Shown here piece by piece: positions 15,071 to 20,749 of a DNA stretch of 20,749 nucleotides (position 1 is its first letter; every line of letters starts with the position of its first letter). The stretch is from contig JBGQMB010000019.1 of assembly GCA_041500405.1 (NCBI GenBank), positions 1 to 20,749 on the forward strand, read 5' to 3'. Position numbers and translations under genes: made by a program. The stretch comes from Candidatus Micrarchaeia archaeon. Its GTDB lineage: Archaea > Micrarchaeota > Micrarchaeia > Anstonellales > J096. The notes beneath the pieces are model-generated. The model was not told where the DNA came from, did not search any database, and saw only the letters and a list, made by a program, of their open reading frames with translations.

Positions 15071-15373
15071 TCATCTTCTTCTTTTCTTGCCCTTCTTTCC
15101 CTTCTTCGACTTTTTCGCCTTCTTTCCCCTCTTCTTCTTCCTCTTTGCTCCTTTCCTTCCGCCCCTGTTCATCTTCGCCTTGTATACATATCCGTCGTTG
15201 CCGACATAATAGAGGTATCCAGACTGCTTGGAGATCTTGGAGCTGCCTACTTTCTTCTTTCTTCCGCCGGCGTTGTGCTTCATGGGTACTGCCCAGACAC
15301 ATCCGTCCGTTCCTACGTAGTAGAGGTATCCCTCTTCCCTTCTTATCTTTTCAGATCCTATTTTTTCTGCCAT
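15071..15373 (-). CDS. Small basic two-repeat protein with a Lys/Arg-rich tail (candidate nucleic-acid-binding/chromatin protein)
   Basis: Two repeats K[IV]GS.KI....GYLYYVG.DG.V....M..(.)GGRK and a ~28-aa K/R-rich tail. GAGGTG ribosome-binding site at 15387..15382 and an upstream AAAAAG-TTTAAAAA BRE/TATA. Confidence 0.85.
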   Translation of the reverse strand: MAEKIGSEKIRREEGYLYYVGTDGCVWAVPMKHNAGGRKKKVGSSKISKQSGYLYYVGNDGYVYKAKMNRGGRKGAKRKKKRGKKAKKSKKGKKGKKRRR

Positions 15374-15601
15374 TTTGTATACACCTCAAATTTCACTGTG
15401 TCCATTTGGGTTCTCCTGTTTTTAAACTTTTTCCTCGGTGGGCCGCCAATTTCCTGAATACAGTTGTTTTTAGTGTGCATACCTAGCCGTTTTCCGTCGG
15501 TTTTTGGGTTTTTTGACGTCGTTGCGGAAAAAGGCGCTGCCTAACGGCGACCAACCCGCCCCTCCGAATGGCTTTTAACCATTTCCTCCCATAATTGACC
15601 C

Positions 15602-16081
15602 ATGCTCCTGAAATTCAGGAAAAACCAGAATCCAAAAACGCCAAAGGAGCCGCTGCTCAAGAGGATGAGGGACGCCGCAAGGTTTTTCTTTTGGCAGTAC
15701 GAGCGCTACCACCGCGACCGCTTCGGGACTTTTGAGTCAGACCTTTTCGAGGCGGCAAGGTTTGGGCACTACTGGGCAATCAAGCCGCTCCTGAAAAAGA
15801 AGACAGTGGGCGTAAACGCAACCGACAAGGATGGGGACACCCCTCTCATCATTGCTGTTTCCGAGGATTATCCGGAGTGCTGCAGGGCCCTTCTTGAAAA
15901 CGGCGCAGACCCGTTCGCGAAAAACAAGAACGGAACGAGTGCAATGGCGCTTGCAATCAGGCGCGGCAATGACGAGATAGTGCCGCTTTTCATGGGCTTT
16001 GCGGAGCAATGGCTCGTAAAATCGTTCGGCGAGGAGGCAAGGCCGTTTTACAAACTCTTCAGGGCGTGCATTGGTGGATGA
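15602..16081 (+). CDS. Ankyrin repeat protein 1
   Basis: LFEAARFGH, DKDGDTPLIIAV...LLENGADP and NKNGTSAMALA. TTTTAA starts 29 nt upstream. Confidence 0.92.
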   Translation: MLLKFRKNQNPKTPKEPLLKRMRDAARFFFWQYERYHRDRFGTFESDLFEAARFGHYWAIKPLLKKKTVGVNATDKDGDTPLIIAVSEDYPECCRALLENGADPFAKNKNGTSAMALAIRRGNDEIVPLFMGFAEQWLVKSFGEEARPFYKLFRACIGG

Positions 16082-16111
16082 TTTATAATGACTTCAGTAT
16101 ATAATAAGACC

Positions 16112-16669
16112 ATGCAGAAACGGGAGCCGTTGCTGAAAAGGATCCTTAAGAAGCTAAAGCTAGCCAAGAAAAAGCCCCTGCCCAGCGAGAAGCCGTATCT
16201 TCCAGCGGTGAACCAGTATCTGGCAGACAGCAGACTGATGCGTGCTGCAGGAAGAGGCGATATAAGCGAGGTTAGGCGCTTGCTGAAGAAAGGCGCAAAC
16301 GTAGATGCGAACATAGTTAAGCCTGACCATAATTATATGACCCCGCTCATGAATGCTGCAATGTATGGCCACACCAAAACTTGCGCGCTTCTGCTTGAAA
16401 ACGGGGCAAACATCGATGCAATAGACGATGTAGGCAGGACTGCGCTCATGCTTGCTGCATGGTATAGCCGTCTGGAAACATGCAAGCTTTTGATTGAAAG
16501 GGGCGCAAGCATGGCTACAAAAAAGGGCATAAACATGTTCACATACACCCAAATCGGAAACAAAGAAGAAAAAGCCGAATTTCTGTCAAGACTCATAATA
16601 GAAAGAATGGCTGGCAAGGAAGCCGCTGCGGCCTTCGTTTCTGCTTTTAAGGCGTGCCTTGCCCAATAA
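16112..16669 (+). CDS. Ankyrin repeat protein 2
   Basis: LMRAAGRGD...LLKKGANVD, TPLMNAAMYGH and GRTALMLAA. Start 16112 (MQKREP) is preferred over 16088 because TTTATAA at 16082 is then 30 nt upstream, as in the paralogs. Confidence 0.92.
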   Translation: MQKREPLLKRILKKLKLAKKKPLPSEKPYLPAVNQYLADSRLMRAAGRGDISEVRRLLKKGANVDANIVKPDHNYMTPLMNAAMYGHTKTCALLLENGANIDAIDDVGRTALMLAAWYSRLETCKLLIERGASMATKKGINMFTYTQIGNKEEKAEFLSRLIIERMAGKEAAAAFVSAFKACLAQ

Positions 16670-16671
16670 TA

Positions 16672-17667
16672 TTATTGCTCTTGCGCTATGCCGTCCCAGG
16701 TGCACTGCAGAAGCAAATCAGAGACGTCTTCCGCCCTCTGGGGCCTTTTTGACGGGTTCTTCTCAAGCATCTTCATCACCAGGTCGTCCACTTGATTTGG
16801 GATTCCGCACCCTGGCGCGCGCCTGCTGGGCGGCTCCGGCTTCTCGCAGCGAATTGCCTTGCCCAGCTCCCCGAGCGACGTCTGCTGGAACGGCACGGTG
16901 CCTGTCAGCATGAAATATATCACGTTTCCGAGGCTGTATATGTCGGAGCGGCCGTCCATCTTCTTTCCGCCGATTATCTGTTCCGGGGAGGCGTACATTT
17001 TTGTCCCGACAATGAATCCCACCATCGTCACAGAGGGAATATCCATGAATTTGGCGACGCCAAAGTCTATCAGCGTGGCGTGCACGCCTTCCACAGTATC
17101 CCTGACTATTATATTGGAGGGCTTAATGTCGCGGTGAATGATTTCGGGCTTGCAGTTGTGCGCTGCCGCCAGTCCGTCACAGCAGTCAAGGCTTATCCTC
17201 TTTATTGTCTGCCATGGCAGCTTTCCCATTTCTGAAATCGGCTTTCCTTCCACGCGCTGCATGACCATGTAAAGCCTGTTCTTGGTCTCTTTCCCGGAAA
17301 TCCATCCCCCGCCGTATATCTTGACGACGTGCGGGCTGTCTATCATTTTAAGCGTCTCGGCCTCGCGCTTGAAGCGCTCAAGGGTGTCCCTGTTGTCCTC
17401 GCTGTCGCCGGTTATCGGCGGCGTTATCTTTATCGCAAAATGCGCGTCGCCTTCTGTTGCCTCGTAGACCTTAGACATTCCGCCTTTGCCGATGAGCTTT
17501 GTTATGAGATACTTGTGGTGTGTTGTCTCTATGTTCCTGCCCACGAAGGGGTCTGGGTCCACTAACGGGGCATCCGCTGACTCCTTTAGCCTGCGCATTT
17601 CCCTTGAGATGCCGTCATTCCCGCTTGCGCCATTGGCTTTTGCGGGAATTTTCTGGACTTCTGTCAT
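16672..17667 (-). CDS. Hanks-type Ser/Thr protein kinase, bacterial PknB-like catalytic domain, soluble
   Basis: IGKGGMSKVY, AIK, ERFKREA, HRDIKPSNI, IDFGVAK, GTKMYASPEQ, DGRSDIYSLG and KNPSKRP. Start at ATG 17667 (MTEVQK), with TTTAAA upstream. Confidence 0.95.
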   Translation of the reverse strand: MTEVQKIPAKANGASGNDGISREMRRLKESADAPLVDPDPFVGRNIETTHHKYLITKLIGKGGMSKVYEATEGDAHFAIKITPPITGDSEDNRDTLERFKREAETLKMIDSPHVVKIYGGGWISGKETKNRLYMVMQRVEGKPISEMGKLPWQTIKRISLDCCDGLAAAHNCKPEIIHRDIKPSNIIVRDTVEGVHATLIDFGVAKFMDIPSVTMVGFIVGTKMYASPEQIIGGKKMDGRSDIYSLGNVIYFMLTGTVPFQQTSLGELGKAIRCEKPEPPSRRAPGCGIPNQVDDLVMKMLEKNPSKRPQRAEDVSDLLLQCTWDGIAQEQ

Positions 17668-17787
17668 GTTGTAATATATGTAAACAAAAGGATTTAAATA
17701 GAATGGATGCACGGGCTGGTTTTCAAAAGAGACAAAAATGGAAAAATTGTTGCACAAGCGCACACAAAGTCCGACGGCAAGGCAATG

Positions 17788-17824
17788 CCGTTTATAAACC
17801 TATTCCTAAAGACCGTTTATAAAC
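17788..17824. promoter_or_regulatory. Direct repeat CCGTTTATAAAC x2, each containing palindromic GTTTATAAAC (TATA/operator)
   Basis: Copies at 17788..17799 and 17813..17824, 25 bp apart, upstream of ATG 17843. Confidence 0.65.
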
Positions 17825-17842
17825 AAAACGGAGGCCAAAATA

Positions 17843-19309
17843 ATGGAAAAAACACAGACACTAGTATGTATTTTGGTTGCCCTGTTTGCGACACAGCTTG
17901 TTTTTTCAGCTTCGTGCCCGATAAACAGCAGCAACAACATAGTGATATACGGACAGACCGGAACAGGCGGGGTCGGAACCCTGAGCAAATCCTGGATGAC
18001 CCACTTCTTTGACTGGTGGACCGCACAGGACCCATCACTAAGCTATAGGTTCCTGACGTCAGCAAACGTTAAGACGGATTGCAACCTGTCAAATTACCCG
18101 AACCTGAAGCTGTACGTGCAGCCAGGAGGCGATGCGTACAACCAGCAAAGGACGCTGAGCTCAGCAGGGAAGAACAACATCCTTGGCTTTATCAACAGTG
18201 GCAAGGCGTATCTTGGCACATGCGCAGGGTGGTACTACGCATCAAACGACTATTACTGGCAGGGAAGCTATTACAACTGGCCGAACCTCCTTATGAGGTT
18301 CCCGACAGTTGAAGGCTCCATAACAGACATCGCGGACTACGACGTGTCGCCTGGATATGCGATGACAACATTGAGCAACGGCCAGCATATGATTTACTAC
18401 GGCGGGCCGACAAGGGGCTGGCATGACACGCCCAACACATATCCCGGAACTGCGCTGATGACCTTTGCGGCAATCCCGAACAATTCGATTGCTGCAGTGA
18501 AGAACGGCACCATGCTGTTCACCAGCGTGCATGCCGAGGCATATGAAAATGACGGCATAACGGGCCTGAGCACAGCGCAGAGGGTTGAGAACTACAAGTG
18601 GCTGGCGAATGCGATAAACGACGTTGCAGGCACGAGCTTCAGCGTTCCGGCCTATTCGCAGTGCCACGACGGCACAGACAACGACGGCGACGGCTACGTC
18701 GACCTGAACGACCCGGGCTGCAACGTGATAGAGGACAACAATGAGTCCGCGCATCCGCAATGCAGCGACGGCATAGACAACGACGCGGACGGATACACCG
18801 ACTACCCGAACGACACGGACTGCACGTCCTTGAAGGACAGCAACGAGAGCACGGGGCCAACCGAGCTTTTCGCTGATGGGTTTGAATACGGCATCGGCGG
18901 CTGGACCCTTACGAAGGACAGCGGGGCGAACTACTGGACTGCGGCAACGACAGACCCTTATGAGGGCTCTTATGGCGCGCAGGTCTACCCGATGGACACA
19001 ACGAATCCGGCATCCTCAATGGAAAAAGCCATTAGCACCACAGGCTATTCCAACATAACGGTCAGCTACTACAGGAAGCTGAGCCTGCCTACGGCGCTGA
19101 AGGTGTTCAAGGCAAAGTGGTATGACGGGACAACGTGGTACACGCTGGAGTCCGCAAACAACACGAATGACGCAAGCTACCAATACAGGTCATTCACGTT
19201 GCCGAGCGGCGCAGAGAACAACCCGAACTTCAAGATAAAGTTCGAGTGCACTGCAGGCTCTGTGAGCAACTTCTGCAGGGCCGACAGCGTGCTGGTGACA
19301 TCCGGCTGA
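17843..19309 (+). CDS. Secreted BPL-N-like (class I glutamine amidotransferase fold) hydrolase with two Asp/Cys repeats and a C-terminal beta domain
   Basis: Signal peptide, then YVQPGGD, YLGTCAGWYY (nucleophile elbow) and VHAE (His-x-Glu). Two QC.DG.DND.DGY.D..D..C repeats, and a C-terminal domain beginning LFADGFE. Confidence 0.8.
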   Translation: MEKTQTLVCILVALFATQLVFSASCPINSSNNIVIYGQTGTGGVGTLSKSWMTHFFDWWTAQDPSLSYRFLTSANVKTDCNLSNYPNLKLYVQPGGDAYNQQRTLSSAGKNNILGFINSGKAYLGTCAGWYYASNDYYWQGSYYNWPNLLMRFPTVEGSITDIADYDVSPGYAMTTLSNGQHMIYYGGPTRGWHDTPNTYPGTALMTFAAIPNNSIAAVKNGTMLFTSVHAEAYENDGITGLSTAQRVENYKWLANAINDVAGTSFSVPAYSQCHDGTDNDGDGYVDLNDPGCNVIEDNNESAHPQCSDGIDNDADGYTDYPNDTDCTSLKDSNESTGPTELFADGFEYGIGGWTLTKDSGANYWTAATTDPYEGSYGAQVYPMDTTNPASSMEKAISTTGYSNITVSYYRKLSLPTALKVFKAKWYDGTTWYTLESANNTNDASYQYRSFTLPSGAENNPNFKIKFECTAGSVSNFCRADSVLVTSG

Positions 19310-19316
19310 AAAACCC

Positions 19317-19353
19317 CTTTTTGTTTTTTGAGGGCGGGGCTCTGTCCCCGCCC
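19317..19353 (+). terminator. T-tract followed by a GC hairpin (GGGCGGGG-6nt-CCCCGCCC)
   Basis: T-runs at 19318-19329 after the stop at 19309. The 8-bp stem pairs 19332..19339 with 19346..19353. Confidence 0.55.
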
Positions 19354-19389
19354 AATAGCGTTTTAATCCCTTTGCCGTATAATAAAGTC

Positions 19390-20001
19390 ATGCAACAGCG
19401 CCAAAAGCAAAAGGAGCCAGGCCGTTTCAGGAAAAAAACGATGCGCTTGCTTGAGATTGGAAAGAAATCTATGAAGCGGATGCTCCTCGCTCCCCTATAT
19501 ATAACAAAACAGGTTGACGATGCGTTTTTTGATGCCGCACAGGATGGACACAATAATACAATGGAACGGCTTCTGAAGATAGGCGCACGTATCGAAGCAA
19601 GGGACCAATTCGGCGGGACTGCACTCATCCGTGCCACATTCAAAGGACGCACCAAAACCTGCGCTTTCCTTCTTGACAGGCTTGCAAATGAAGGAGGCAA
19701 CGTTAAGAAATATATCGAGGCAAAGGACAAAAACGGCTGGGCCGCGCTGCACCATGCTGCATACAGCGGAAGCTTTGACACGTGTATCCTATTGGTTGAA
19801 AGATACGCAAATATGGGCGGTGACATAAAAAAATTCATAACCGCAAAGAATTCGGATGGCAAAACAGCCATGGACTTGGCCGTAAGCAAAAGACACACTG
19901 AAATAGCTAAGTTCTTTGGAATTCACTTTTTTAGGGCAACATTTGGAATTAAAGCAACGGTGGCATTCCTGAAGCCGTTCAACGAGTGTCTTGCATCCTG
20001 A
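19390..20001 (+). CDS. Ankyrin repeat protein 3
   Basis: FFDAAQDGH, DQFGGTALIRAT, DKNGWAALHHAAYSG and NSDGKTAMDLAV. The true start is probably ATG 19390, with TTTTAA 29 nt upstream. Confidence 0.92.
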   Translation: MQQRQKQKEPGRFRKKTMRLLEIGKKSMKRMLLAPLYITKQVDDAFFDAAQDGHNNTMERLLKIGARIEARDQFGGTALIRATFKGRTKTCAFLLDRLANEGGNVKKYIEAKDKNGWAALHHAAYSGSFDTCILLVERYANMGGDIKKFITAKNSDGKTAMDLAVSKRHTEIAKFFGIHFFRATFGIKATVAFLKPFNECLAS

Positions 20002-20031
20002 TTTTTAACACCTTTGCCGCACAACAAAGCC

Positions 20032-20749
20032 ATGCAGGAAAGGAAGGGCTTGCTCAGGCGCGCGCTTGAGAGGATGCATATCATAAAACGCATCAAGGAG
20101 CCAGCGCCAAGCGAAAAGAGGATATTGTCAGAAGAAAAACAGAAGCAGCTTAATACTATGCTGTTGAATGCTGCTGGAAACGGCGAAACAAGAAGAGTAG
20201 AGAGATTGCTAAAGGTTGGCGCAAGCATCGAGGCAAAGGACAATGACGGCTGGACCGCGCTCATACGTGCTGCATACTGCGGACGCACCCCAACCTGCGA
20301 ATTCCTGCTTGACAAAGGCGCAAGCATCGAGGCAACGGACAGCGACGGCTGGACTGCGCTCATATGGGCCGCACGGTTCGGACACACCCCAACCTGCGAA
20401 TTCCTGCTCAGTAAGGGCGCAAACCTTGAGGCAAAGAGCAACTCCGGCAGGACCGCGCTCATGTGGGCCGAATGGAACGGACACACCCCAACCTGCGCTT
20501 TACTAATTGAAAAAGGCGCAAACCTCGAGGCAAAGGATAACGACGGCTGGACCGCGCTCATGTGGACCGCAATGAACGGACACATCCCAGCCTGCGCCTT
20601 CCTGCTTGAAAAAGGCGCAGATGTGAACGCGAAGGCTAAAAAAGGAGATTGTGAAGGCATGACCGCAGCCTCAATCGCCGAAATAAACATAAACAAGGAA
20701 ACGGCCGCATTCCTCAAGTCAATGGAATGGCTTGCCGGCATAACCGGAA
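20032..20749 (+). CDS. Ankyrin repeat protein 4 (runs off the window; not in the ORF track)
   Basis: Manual translation MQERKGLLRRALERMHIIKRIKEPAPSEK...LLNAAGNG, then 4 x GA(S/N)(I/L)EA.D..GWTAL..A...GHTPTC..L..K, open to the window end. Confidence 0.93.
   Translation, partial: MQERKGLLRRALERMHIIKRIKEPAPSEKRILSEEKQKQLNTMLLNAAGNGETRRVERLLKVGASIEAKDNDGWTALIRAAYCGRTPTCEFLLDKGASIEATDSDGWTALIWAARFGHTPTCEFLLSKGANLEAKSNSGRTALMWAEWNGHTPTCALLIEKGANLEAKDNDGWTALMWTAMNGHIPACAFLLEKGADVNAKAKKGDCEGMTAASIAEININKETAAFLKSMEWLAGITG
20218..20613 (+). repeat. Four tandem 99-bp units encoding 33-aa ankyrin repeats
   Basis: Units start at GGCGCA 20218, 20317, 20416 and 20515, with a partial unit at 20614. Units 1 and 2 are 82/99 identical by hand count. 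Confidence 0.93.

Noticed and set aside
15071..15373. Naming the small basic protein as a histone, Alba, Cren7 or CC1
   Set aside because: The sequence does not match the motifs I know for these families, so it is left unnamed.
16664..16677. Perfect 14-bp palindrome CAATAATATTATTG
   Set aside because: It is explained by two convergent genes both ending CAA-TAA 2 bp apart. There is no independent evidence of function.
20218..20613. Diversity-generating retroelement TR/VR pair
   Set aside because: Differences between units are not adenine-specific (e.g. cgt/tgg, ctt/ctc, tgc/ttc), all units are in-frame coding repeats, and there is no reverse transcriptase in the window.
19923..20741. 272-aa minus-strand ORF
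   Set aside because: It is the antisense shadow of ankyrin gene 4, whose plus-strand frame has clear motifs and a promoter.

Overview
Archaeal genomic DNA, most likely a DPANN lineage such as Micrarchaeota. This is an inference from the ftsZ-secE-spt5 cluster, TATA boxes about 24-30 nt before start codons, GGTG/GGTGA ribosome-binding sites and a Cys-rich lipoprotein; it is not a database result. The core block holds a membrane-anchored double AAA ATPase, an M17 leucyl aminopeptidase, spt5, secE, ftsZ and a small Lys-rich repeat protein. The left accessory region (1-8.6 kb) has two paralogous secreted proteins and a secreted lytic-transglycosylase-like (SLT) protein, all three behind an identical 18-bp promoter-position motif. 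It also has a Kazal/Cys-repeat lipoprotein, a Tyr1-type prephenate dehydrogenase, DUF192 and a divergent VirB11/FlaI-like secretion ATPase. The right accessory region (15.6-20.7 kb) has four ankyrin-repeat genes with related basic N-termini, a shared C-terminal motif and individual promoters, plus a bacterial-type Ser/Thr kinase and a secreted BPL-N/GATase-like hydrolase. The best candidate for an undescribed system is a co-regulated set of secreted proteins that includes a putative peptidoglycan-cleaving enzyme next to an orphan secretion ATPase. A second candidate is the diversifying ankyrin cassette family. No rRNA, tRNA, CRISPR array or transposase was seen.
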